Below are positions 38,001 to 49,398 of a DNA stretch of 64,000 bases, piece after piece. The notes below the pieces were generated by a model that searched no databases, was not told the DNA's origin, and saw nothing but the letters and a program-made list of their open reading frames with translations. The stretch covers positions 495,919-559,918 of the forward strand of contig CAVXQD010000007.1 of NCBI GenBank assembly GCA_963763885.1. The letters run 5' to 3'. This stretch comes from an uncultured Acidimicrobiales bacterium. Lineage in GTDB: Bacteria > Actinomycetota > Acidimicrobiia > Acidimicrobiales > JANYDT01. Each line of letters starts with the position of its first letter. Positions within the stretch are counted from its first letter, which is position 1. The position numbers and the translations under genes are program-made.

Positions 38001-39694
38001 GGCTGTTGGTCCGACCCTGCTGCGTCTGGGGTGTAGGTAGTGCTTTGTGAGAACTCGATCAACACGTCGTCGCCGGCGAGTGTCACCACGTAAACCTGGA
38101 CCGGCTGTGTTGCGGGCAAGGACTGAGGTTCACCGGAGACCAACGAGAACGTGGTGCCGTGTTTCCAGCATTCGATCTCGCATTCGTCGTCCCAAATGGT
38201 GCCTTCCGACAACGAGACCTCGGCGTGCGTACAGGTGTCGTCGATGACGTAGACGTCGTCTTGGATGCGGACGACGGCGAGCGGCAAACCGTTGACCACC
38301 ACACGCGTGGCAGAAGACGGGGCAAGCGCGGAGAACTGTGCGACCTTGACCTGCGTCATGGCGGCTACTCCTGCTGCGCTTCCCGCAGTGGACCCAGCCG
38401 CGTGTGAACGGCCAAACTTCTCGACGAACACGCCGGTCAGCGCCTCGGCCACACCTGGCACCGGCGATCGGTCAAGGACGTCAGCGAAGAAGCCCGTGAC
38501 GATGAGACGCTCTGCCTCTTCTGGTGGCACACCGCGCAGTTCGAGGTAGTAGCGGTGGTCGTGGTCAACCGGACCGACCGCTGAAGCGTGGCTGCACTTG
38601 ACCTCGTTGTTTTCGATCTCGAGGTTTGGCACCGATTCAACTGAAGCCGTGGGCGAGAGCAACAGATTGCGGTTGGCCTGGTTGGCAACAGCGTTGCGAG
38701 CATCGACGCCGATCTTGATGAGGCCCGAGTACACGGACTGCGAGTGGTCCTGCACGGCACCTTTGAACAACAGCTCGCTGGTGGTGCGAGGGCCGATGTG
38801 ATGCTGCAGCGTACGAAAGTCGTGCATCTGATGCCCAGCACCGAAGTACACCGCGAGCAGTTCGTTGAAGCCGCCCTGTTCGGTAACAACAGCGTCGGTT
38901 CGTACGCGCGCATAGCTTCCGCCCAACGCAACCGACATTGTTCGTAACGTTGCGTCTCGGCCGGTGTTGCATTGCTGGTGCGCAACCTGGAAGCACTGGT
39001 CGCCTAGTTCCTGCACGCTGACGAAGCGCAGCGTGGCGCCTGTACCAACAGAGAGTTGCGTGATGGGCGTGAAGAGCGACCCAGCCCCGTCGCCGACGAT
39101 TCGTTCGACGATAGAGACCGATGCGTTTTCGCCAACCTGTACGACAAGCGACGACGGAATGTACGCGCGCTGACTAGCCACCTGGTTGATGACCTGCACG
39201 ACGCCAGGGATGGTGGACCCACGAGGAACGGCTATGACCAACGCATCTGTTGCGACTGCAAGGGCCAGATCGACGAACAGATCTCCACCGTTCACGCGCG
39301 GGTCCGTGACCGCAGTGTCGTCTTTGGCTGCACTGGTGATGGAGAGCCCAGCGGCAGAGGCCGCCGACGTGACCGAAATGGAGTGCACAAACCCGTCGAT
39401 GAGATGAACCAACGCAGCGGGTTCACCGATGGGATGTGGGGTATGCGACACGCCAGGACCAGCCGGTTCAGTCGTGGCGCCGGGCGATGCGATGACGAGC
39501 CCGTCAACTGGGATCTTTGCGATGCGGGAGTACCGCCAGATTTCCGCTTCGGCGGTGGGGCGGACGAGCCCTGCAAGCGCAGCACCGGGAACGAGGTCCG
39601 CAAGCTTGAGGCCAAGACGGTTTGAAGCCTGCTCACGCAAGCTTGAAAGGGGCATTGCGACGGGGGTCGCGGAGGTTGCGTCGGTGGAGAGCAC
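37997..39694 (-). CDS. sufD: SufD fused in frame to a Rieske [2Fe-2S] ferredoxin domain
   Basis: The N-terminal roughly 430 aa are SufD-like (beta-helix region ...NRNLLLS...SVPNLEIENNEVKCSHASAVG...YYLELRGV). The C-terminal 120 aa carry the Rieske motifs CTHAEVSLSEG and CWKHGTTF. No stop lies between them. An internal ATG at 38359 is preceded by AGGAG. Confidence 0.8.
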   Translation of the reverse strand: MLSTDATSATPVAMPLSSLREQASNRLGLKLADLVPGAALAGLVRPTAEAEIWRYSRIAKIPVDGLVIASPGATTEPAGPGVSHTPHPIGEPAALVHLIDGFVHSISVTSAASAAGLSITSAAKDDTAVTDPRVNGGDLFVDLALAVATDALVIAVPRGSTIPGVVQVINQVASQRAYIPSSLVVQVGENASVSIVERIVGDGAGSLFTPITQLSVGTGATLRFVSVQELGDQCFQVAHQQCNTGRDATLRTMSVALGGSYARVRTDAVVTEQGGFNELLAVYFGAGHQMHDFRTLQHHIGPRTTSELLFKGAVQDHSQSVYSGLIKIGVDARNAVANQANRNLLLSPTASVESVPNLEIENNEVKCSHASAVGPVDHDHRYYLELRGVPPEEAERLIVTGFFADVLDRSPVPGVAEALTGVFVEKFGRSHAAGSTAGSAAGVAAMTQVKVAQFSALAPSSATRVVVNGLPLAVVRIQDDVYVIDDTCTHAEVSLSEGTIWDDECEIECWKHGTTFSLVSGEPQSLPATQPVQVYVVTLAGDDVLIEFSQSTTYTPDAAGSDQQP

Positions 39695-39923
39695 GGGGAC
39701 ACGAATCTAGTTGACCTTGCCCGGTTCCCAATCACGGATCATGACGCGGAGAAGCGATGACCACCACTCTGGGTGTTCGCCATCCCCAATTTCTCCCGAT
39801 TTTCACCGGACACAGAGGACTCGAATCTCAAGCACGTGCGTTTCAGTTCCGATACCGAAACCATGACGCAGTCCTCAGCCGATGGCACGCCCCAATTCGG
39901 CACGCCCCAGGTCAGCCCTCTGA

Positions 39924-41180
<1,257 letters not shown>

Positions 41181-41200
41181 CGGCGCCCCGCTACCTACCC

Positions 41201-41230
41201 CGTAGTCACCCGTAGTCACCCGTAGTCACC
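41201..41230. repeat. 10-bp tandem repeat x3 (cgtagtcacc)
   Basis: Perfect triple repeat just downstream of the stop of ORF 39924..41180. Confidence 0.9.
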
Positions 41231-41265
41231 TCCAACGCAGGGCAGCAGCAGCGATCAAAACAAAA

Positions 41266-41287
41266 AGACCTGCCTTCCGGCAGGTCT
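41266..41287. terminator. bidirectional intrinsic terminator between convergent genes
   Basis: AGACCTGCC-ttcc-GGCAGGTCT 9-bp stem, flanked by AAAAA upstream and TGTTGTTTT downstream. Confidence 0.65.
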
Positions 41288-41350
41288 TGTTGTTTTCTCA
41301 GTTCAACTTTCGCTGGCGGCCTTTCGGGACGCCAACGATAGTTTGTTCAA

Positions 41351-44300
41351 TCACCAGGTGATCTGGTGCGTGGCCGTGTTGTTGTAGACGTCCAACTTGG
41401 TAGCCAGGTCGATCTTGACCTGTCGGGTGGCGGAGTTCAGCGCAGTAACGGTTTGACTTACCACCTGCGCTGTGGTCAACGGATACGCACCGGCGCCACC
41501 CGCTGGCAACAGCGTTGCCGAGTAGCAGGCGTTGAGATACGCGGCGGTTGCTGCCCGAACCAGGATTTCGTTTGCACCTTCAACGCCCGGTCCACCTTTC
41601 AGGCCAAGGGCCTGCAGCAACGTCAGGGAGCTGATCGCTGCACCGCTGCGGGTCTTGACGGTGCCCGCAAGGTTCGTGAATATCGTACTGACGGGAGTGT
41701 TTGGAGTGAGCGGTCCGCATGCTCCGAGGTATTTGGGTTGCCACGCGTTGTTGGAGTTTCCAGTGGTGTGGTTCTTCCAGAAGCCAGGCGTGAACCCGAG
41801 GTAACCCGGTGCATAGCTTGCCGTGTCGGTATCCGATGGGCTTGGGAGACACATTGTTGCTGCGCATCCAATCGCCGTTGCGGTGTTGACGTAACTTGTG
41901 CCGCCGTTAAAGACCGCTGGCACGGGACCCGTCCAGCAGGTGACCGCTGCGTTGACTGCCACGGCGCCAACGCTGATTCCTGTTCCACTAACAGTGGACG
42001 GAACCGAACAGGTAGTCGGTGTGGTCGCAAGGGAAAACCGCGAGTCGGTCAGGGTGACCGGATCGAGTGCGACCTTGCCGTTGTTCGTGATCACGAACTG
42101 GAAGCAGAGCAAACTGCCAACCAGCACCGGCGACAAGCTATCGAAGTACCCAGTGGTTGGGCAGGTCGCACCCGTTGCGTAACCCACGGACTTCACAACG
42201 TCGATGGATGCGTACCGGTTGACGATGGTGCACGTAACCGTCTCGCCCTTGGCAACCGTCACTGTTGTGGCGGTCTTGGTGGCGGCACCGGTACAAGCCC
42301 ACGTTGTGCCGTTGACGTAGTTGAGGACGCTGCCGGTTTCACTCAGCGTGTAGGTACCGGTGAGCACTGACTTGTTGGTCACTGCAGCGGCACCGCTGGT
42401 TCCGCTGACGCCAGCTGTTGGGCCGGCAGCAAAGAGTGTCCACGACGATGCAAGCGCCGTTCCACCGTCAACCTGTTTCACCAGCGTCAAAGTGCCGGTG
42501 TCTCGGGTATTGGTAATGGTGCAGACGACGGTCTGACCCTTCGCAACGACCACCGTATCGAGGTCTCCAGCCGGCATCGTGCCGCCTGTACAAACCCACG
42601 CAGTGCCGTTGGTGTAACCCGCAACGGTTCCAGATTCGGACAGGTCGTAAGTGCCGGTATTAACTGTGGTTTGGGTATCCGACGGCACGTTTGTCACGGG
42701 AGTAGGGCCAGCGGCGGAAAGCGGCCACGAGGTTGCTGGCTCGTTACCACCGCTGACCGACTTCACCAACTTGAGGGTGCCCGTATCACGAGTGTTAGTA
42801 ATCGTACATACGACTTCTTTGCCCTTGGCGACGGCGACCGAGTCACCGTCAATCATGGCGATTGGAGCGCCATCAACCGTGCAGACCCATGTGGTCCCGT
42901 TGGTGTAACCGGCAACCGGTCCAGATTCGGACAAGTCGTAATTGCCCGTCAGCACCGCAGTACTTGTACCGGACTTCACGTTGACCACTGGGGTTGGCCC
43001 TGCGGCCGAAAGGTCCCACGCTGTTGGAGCCGCGGTGCCACCGCTGACGCTCTTGACAAGCTTCAGGCTGCCGGAGTCACGAGAGTTTGTAATCGTGCAG
43101 GTGTAGCTCTCACCCTTACTGATCACGAGGGTATTGAAACCAACTGGCACCACGTCAATATCGTTGATCCCGTCGTCGCAAATCCACGTGTCTCCGTTGG
43201 TGTATCCAGCAACGGTGCCGGACTCGGACAGCACGTACGAGCCGGTGAGCACAGTGGTAGTGGTTCCGGTCTCCACGTTGGTGATCGGTGTGGGACCAGC
43301 GGCCGAAAGTTTCCACTCGGTTGGCAGAGCAGCACCGCCAACCACCCGCTTCACCAGTTTCAAGGTGCCGGTGTCTCGGGTGTTGGTGATGGTGCAGGTG
43401 ACGTTCTGTCCCTTAGCAACAACCACCGAATCGCCATCAGTCATGGTGGCGTCAACGCCAGGGGGAGCCCCGACCTTGCAGACCCACGTGGTTCCGTTGG
43501 TGTATCCGACAACGCCAGCTTTGGCGGCTTCGGACAAGTCGTAGGTACCGGTCTTGACGGTGGTGGTTGTACCTGTGGGCACGTTCGTCACCGCAGTCGG
43601 GCCAGCTGCGGACAGGTTCCACGAGGTTGCTGCCTCGGTTCCGCCGCTGACGGACTTGACCAGCGTGAGGCTGCCGGTGTCACGGGTGTTGGTAATCGTG
43701 CATACGACCGTTGCATTTTCGGCAACGGCAACGGTGTCCGCGTCACCGGCCGGCATTACGCCGCCGGTGCACACCCAGGCGGTTCCGTTGGTGTAACCCG
43801 GAACTGACGCCAGACTCTGAGAGGTCATAGCTGCCTGTTGGGACAAGCGGAACTTGCACCGCCTGCCCCGCTCAAGACGGTATTGGCTGCGGTGGAAGTA
43901 CCCGTTGTGGAATCGCCAGTTGCGGTGAGCGTCCACAACTTTGGATCTGCCACTCCGTCGCTGACTGCCTTGACCAAGGTCAACGTGCCCGTCTTCCGGG
44001 TGTTGGTGATGGTGCAGGTGATGTTTTCAGTGCTTGCAAGGGTTACCGACGTCAGGTCTGTGCCCTTACCTGGACAATTCCACGTGGTTCCGTTGGTGTA
44101 GGTGCCCACGGTGCCGTTCTCGGAAAGCGAGTAGGTGCCGGTCGGCACGACTTGCGATGTCACCGCTGGGGTGCCGCTGACGCCTGTGATGGACACCGCC
44201 GGGGTTCCTGGGCCTGTCGCGGTGAGCGGCCACTGGGTGACTGTTCCGTTGCCACCGGCCACGTTCTTGACCAATGTCAGCGTGGCGGTGTTGCGGGTGT

Positions 44301-45365
44301 TGGTCATTGCCGCCTCAACGGGCGTAGGCCCAGCAGCCACAGGCGGGGTGACCGCCGGATTTGCCGTGGTAACGCTCCAAGCGCCGGCCAGGGTGGAAGA
44401 GGTCTCTGTGATGGAGCACACAGTTCCGGAGGGAAGCCCGGTCTTGTCCCATACCAACGGTGTGGCGTCGGCCTCTGGGAGGACGAAGTCAAACGAACCA
44501 GCGGTGCCGCAGTTAGCCGTGAACGAGAAGGAATACGCCTCGCCCGTTACTGCGCCGGTCACCGTCTTGGTGAAGCGAACCGCGCCAAGCCCAGGGGCGT
44601 TGGTGATGTTGACGGAGCTGGTTGAGCCAACGTCGAGCACGGTGGCCGGGCTACCCGTGACGACCCAATCGGCCAACGGAAGCGGGTTCCCATCGATGTG
44701 GGTCTCGGTCACCGTGCAGTCGTAGCCGGGAGGCACTGGCGCATTAATGGTCTGCGTACCCGACCCGACGATGGTGATCTCTCGCGTGAAGGCGATTGGG
44801 TCTGCCCCCCCGTCGCTGCACGCAATGCCGAATCGGTAAGTGTGCGAACCAGCAACTCCAGGGGCGACCGTCTTCGTGAGGTCAAAGGCCAGTGCGACAC
44901 AGACCAGAATCTGGTTGATTCCGCCAGTACCGAATGGGTTGAGGGTACTTCCAACTGGCGGGTAGTCGAAGAAACTGTTGTTGAACTGACCTGTGCCAGA
45001 CCGTCGTTGCCAGTGTCGAGATATACCCGGGTGAAGAGCAGATCTGTGCCGTACACCGTGGAAGTCACGCCCCCGAAGATCAACTGATTTGGGTCTGGAG
45101 CGGAGATTTCGGTGTAGGTCAGCGTGAAAGGGCCGGACGCCACTGCCTGAGCGGTATCGCTTATATCCAACTTGTTCGGAACGAATTTGACCGTCAGGCC
45201 CAGGTCGTTACCGCATGGTTTTCCCGGAGCGGGCGGGGTGGACGTTGAACCGTTGGGGGTGAGCACCGCCGCAGACGCCGAGGGCGCCGAGAGGCCGACC
45301 GTGATCAGGCCGATAGTCGCCAAAAGTGCGGCTATCGGGGAACGTAATCCCACCGAACCACCCAA
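41351..45365 (-). pseudogene. giant secreted surface/adhesin-like protein with about eight tandem Ig-like (prealbumin/SpaA-type) repeats; at least three frame breaks
   Basis: Three ORF-track pieces (44709..45365, 43825..44736, 41351..43936) join into one protein after frame changes near 45000, 43860 and 43808. Signal peptide ...GLSAPSASA. Repeat consensus CTITNTRDTGTL.LVKSVSGG....W.LSAAGPT...V..GT.T.V.TG.YDLSESG.VAGYTNGT.W.C. Confidence 0.7.
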
Positions 45366-45632
45366 CTTCGAGCGGCTGCGCCTCCGCTGATTGCCTACGT
45401 ACCTTCATCTGGACCTCCGTCGGTGTCACTGTGAGGTGCGCTCCGATGGTTTACCGAGGTCAGCTTCCGAATTTCGGGCCTTGACAGGGGACGGCGCGTA
45501 CTGAAGGTGAAGGTACGCTCAGTGGTTTCTCCTGTCAATCAACTACAGTCGAAATTTCCTAGTTCAAACCAGACAATCGTGCGGGTTCCGCCTCAGAACG
45601 GCAGAAACAGCAAGCAATACAGGTAGTAATCC

Positions 45633-46676
45633 CTATTTCCGCCGACCCGGGATAAATGCTTTTACCATTCGCATGACCGGCGAACCTGCCACAGGATGTG
45701 GCCGCTGCCCGCCGCGTTCCAACTCCGCATAGAAGTCGAACGGAAGCGCCGGCGCTCTTCCAAGTAACTGTGTTGTGCCGCGCACACGTTCCCACAGCAC
45801 CACGTTTGCCGTGCACCCGTATACGATGATCTTGCCGAACAGGTTGAAGACGAAGAACAGGGCAAAGATCCCAGCGAACGTCGAATACGTGCTGGCATTT
45901 CCCTCCAGCGTCCGTTTCACCAACGATGCGCCAACCAGTTGGAACACCGCGAGGAACAGCCCTGCCAGCATCGCCCCGGGAACGTGAGAACGCGCTGGCA
46001 CTCTCACGTTGGTGAGCAGTAGGTACGACACCCACACCGCGATGAAACCAGTGGAGGCAGAACTGAGCAGCGCCACTCCTACGCCGACAATCGGCACACG
46101 TATGAAGCGGGTGACGGCTGTGGCAAGAAATCCAGAAAGACCAAACACCGTGGCTGCACAGAGCAGCCAAGGAATACCCAACAACTTGTCGAAAAACCCA
46201 CGGCCGGGCACCTGCCATGCGGCGTTGAACGCATCGGCAAGCGCCCCAATCACGCCAAGGCCGAGCCACAGCGAACCGAGGATGGAGATGGCGAGCGCCC
46301 ACCCGGCACTACCCGACGCACTGTCGATGGCCCCGTTGACAACGTCACGTAACGTCGGTTCGTCGACCTGCAGATTGTCGAGGATGCGGTTTCCAAGGTC
46401 GGCGTCGTCTTGCGCCAACAGGCCCATGACCGAAACGCCGACCAGCATCAACGGGATCAGAGACGTGACAGCCCGCAAGGTCACAGACGCAACCAGGCTC
46501 CCGACCCGAATCTGCCCGGTTCGCTTATGAATTTCGAGAAGCGTGCCGCCAGCGCGCTTCAAGACAGATAACAACGCGGCCATCAACGCGACTTTATCGG
46601 CCGCGTAGATACCGCCCTGCCCGCTTCGGGTGCGCCAAGCGGTCAGCCCTGGAGGCAGATAGGCCAGCCGGGACAT
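45633..46676 (-). CDS. YihY/BrkB (formerly RNase BN) family membrane protein
   Basis: 347 aa, about 6 TM helices, ...AFNAAWQVPGRGFF... family-type loop. Starts 15 nt after the sufB stop. Confidence 0.75.
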   Translation of the reverse strand: MSRLAYLPPGLTAWRTRSGQGGIYAADKVALMAALLSVLKRAGGTLLEIHKRTGQIRVGSLVASVTLRAVTSLIPLMLVGVSVMGLLAQDDADLGNRILDNLQVDEPTLRDVVNGAIDSASGSAGWALAISILGSLWLGLGVIGALADAFNAAWQVPGRGFFDKLLGIPWLLCAATVFGLSGFLATAVTRFIRVPIVGVGVALLSSASTGFIAVWVSYLLLTNVRVPARSHVPGAMLAGLFLAVFQLVGASLVKRTLEGNASTYSTFAGIFALFFVFNLFGKIIVYGCTANVVLWERVRGTTQLLGRAPALPFDFYAELERGGQRPHPVAGSPVMRMVKAFIPGRRK

Positions 46677-46690
46677 GCACAGATCGAGGA

Positions 46691-49250
46691 CTAGCCGATG
46701 GAGCCTTCCATCTGCAGTTCAACCAGACGGCTCCACTCCACTGCAAACTCCATCGGCAGAGTGCGGGTGACTGGCTCCATGAAGCCGTTCACAATCATGG
46801 CCGTTGCTTGCTCCTTCGAGAGCCCGCGCGACTGGAGATAGAAGAGCTGGTCGTCGCCGACCTTGGAGACTGTTGCCTCGTGACCGATCTGCGCGTCCAT
46901 CACACCGGCGTTGCGCTCGATGTAAGGGTACGTATCGGAGCGGCTGTCACCGTCGAGGATGAGCGCATCGCACTGCACATGGCTCTTGACCCCTTCAGCA
47001 CCTTCTTCGACCCGCACCAAACCGCGATACGACGTACGGCCCCCGTCCTTGGAGATGGACTTGGAGATAACGCTGCTGGTGGTCTCTGGCGCTGCGTGCA
47101 CCATCTTGGCGCCAGTGTCCTGATGCTGGCCCTCGCCCGCATAAGCCACCGAAAGCACCTCGCCATGAGCCTTTGGACCCATGAGATAAATGGCCGGGTA
47201 CTTCATGGTGAGGCGACTGCCGATGTTGCCGTCGATCCAGCTCACTCGGGACTCTGCTTCAGCGCGGGCACGCTTGGTGACCAGGTTGAAGACGTTGTTG
47301 GACCAGTTCTGGATGGTGGAGTACGTGATGTGGCTGCCTTCAAGCGCAACCAACTCCACAACCGCTGAGTGCAGCGAGTCGCTGGAGTAGACCGGGGCCG
47401 AGCAGCCTTCGACGTAGTGAACCTTGGAGCCCTTGTCCGCGATGATAAGCGTACGTTCGAACTGGCCCATGTTCTCTTTGTTGATGCGGAAGTAGGCCTG
47501 CAACGGCATGTCCACCTCGACGCCTTCCGGCACGTAGATGAACGAGCCACCGGACCACACTGCGGAGTTGAGCGCAGAGAACTTGTTGTCGGCGATTGGG
47601 ATCACCGTTGCGAAGTACTTCTTGACGACCTCGGGATACTCACGCAGGGCCGTGTCCATGTCGCAGAAAATGACGCCCATCGACTCGAGGTCTTCCCGAT
47701 TGCGGTGGAATACAACTTCTGAGTTATGCACCACGAAGCCCTCTGCCACGAAATTGTGGTGGCCTTCGACAGTGATGTCGTAAACCAGCTCTGGGCCAGC
47801 GGGAGTGATGGACTCGACCCGTACATAGCCAAGCTGATCGCTTGTATGTGAACGAATGGTGGTGCCGTTGGCCGAGTTGCTGGTGTGCGCGTACTTGCGA
47901 GCCCCAAGCCGCTCGGTGCGTTTAGGCGACCGACACGGCAACCGATCGAACCGTCCACTCAGATGCAGGCGGTACGCAACGGCCGCAGTTTCATAGCCGG
48001 GCAAGGGCTTGTTCTGGAACCGCGTGATGCTCGAAGCATGAATGCCACAGAGCAGCGAAAGTTCCCGCAACGACTCCAGCATCGTCTCGTTTGCGCTAGT
48101 CAGCACAGGGTTCTTGGCACTCGGAGACGACCGTACATACCCGTCCGCATCGACGAAACCGGCGAGGAACGCCAATCGCTCGGAAGTAGGCAGGGCATAA
48201 ACCCAGTCAGGAACACGCTTCGTGTGCGCAGTTCCGGCAAGGTCATTGGCATACAGGAATCCGGCAAACGCTGCTGTGGCGTGCGCTGTGAGCCGCAATC
48301 CGTCAGCAGCCAAACTGAACTCGAGGCCAAACGACTCTCGTGCAACCCGTTGGATTTCAGCGATCAGTTCTGGGTCGGATGGATTGACTGCGAATTCCAC
48401 CGAGGTATAAGCGCCACGGTGGTGCAGATAACCATCGCCCAGGAACAATCCCAACATCCACATCACATCGTCTGAGGAGGTGATCGGCAGCCCACGGGAA
48501 TCCTCTGCTGACGCTCCGAAGAACAAAAAGTCGTACGACTCGCCGAACTCAGGAAGATCTGTAGCGATTGCCACCAGAGTCACCGACGGCAAGATCGTCG
48601 ACCGGAGTCCACTCGGCGTTGTACCGAGCGTTGAGCCTGTTTTGCTTTCGACGGTCCCTCAACGACAAGAACGGGTGATTGCCCGAGGCCGTGACCGAAT
48701 GGCCCTTGGCAGTAACGGTGAACGTCTCTTTTACGCCGCTGCAGGCGACTGCCGTCACCAACGCCGACTCGATCTGCCGCGTGTCGGTGTTCAACGAGAA
48801 CACGCGGTCACCCGGCTCGAGTTCCTTGATAGTCCGCATGCCCTGGTCAGTCCAGACCTTGGTGGAGCCGACGAGACATTCGTACTGCGCTGTGACCCCG
48901 GCGAGGTACTTCTGCTCGGCTTCGGGGATGCCCAACTTGTCGTAGGTGTTGCGGATGGCCGGGTCGAGGTCTTCCCAGTTGTTGACCTGCTTCGACGTGG
49001 GCTTGATGTAGTAGTAGATGTCGTCGAAGTAAATCTGCGACATGTCGCCACCAAACTTCGGCATCGGCTTCTTGTAGAAGACGTCCAGGGCGCGCAGACG
49101 GAATTTGCGCATCCAGTCCGGCTCGCCCTTCATGTGAGACATCTCTTCCACAATCTCGCGGCTGAGCCCACGCTTTGGCGTGAAGACATAGTCGACTTCA
49201 TCGCTCCAGCCAAGCTTGTACTTGCCGAGGTCAAGATCTTCGATCGTCAT
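46691..49250 (-). CDS. sufB: Fe-S cluster assembly protein SufB interrupted by an intein; reading frame broken inside the intein (48549-48592)
   Basis: N-extein [15 protein letters not shown]...[11 protein letters not shown] (AGGAG before ATG 49250). C-extein [13 protein letters not shown]...[20 protein letters not shown]. The two ORF-track pieces, 48549..49733 and 46691..48592, overlap by 44 nt. Confidence 0.85.
47723..48878 (-). mobile_element. SufB intein with LAGLIDADG homing-endonuclease domain
   Basis: Begins CLVGSTKVW (Cys1) and has block [18 protein letters not shown] motifs LGLFLGDGY and [10 protein letters not shown]. Ends FVVHN followed by Ser+1. The length of 1156 nt is not a multiple of 3. 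Confidence 0.85.
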
Positions 49251-49398
49251 GGGGGCTCCTGAGATTGCGAAGAATAGAGATTCTCCTATCGTAGATAGTA
49301 ACAACCCCTGGGGCCTACCTTCTCGTCCGAACCAGTGATCTCCCCGATGATTTGCATGATCGGCCAAGCCGGCCCCCGCTGGCAGACTCAAACACATC

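Noticed and set aside
45208-45429. 73-aa ORF (MTPTEVQMKVRRQ...) as an alternative N-terminus of the adhesin
   Set aside because: It is in a different frame from the signal-peptide-encoding frame, and its downstream part is GC noise. The TTG/GTG start giving ...LRSPIAALLATIGLITVGLSAPSASA is sufficient.
49262-49398. SufR operator upstream of sufB (AGAAT-agag-ATTCT dyad at about 49273-49286)
   Set aside because: It is a short dyad in an AT-richer spacer. It differs from the motif pair upstream of sufS, and I cannot recall a verified consensus to compare it with.
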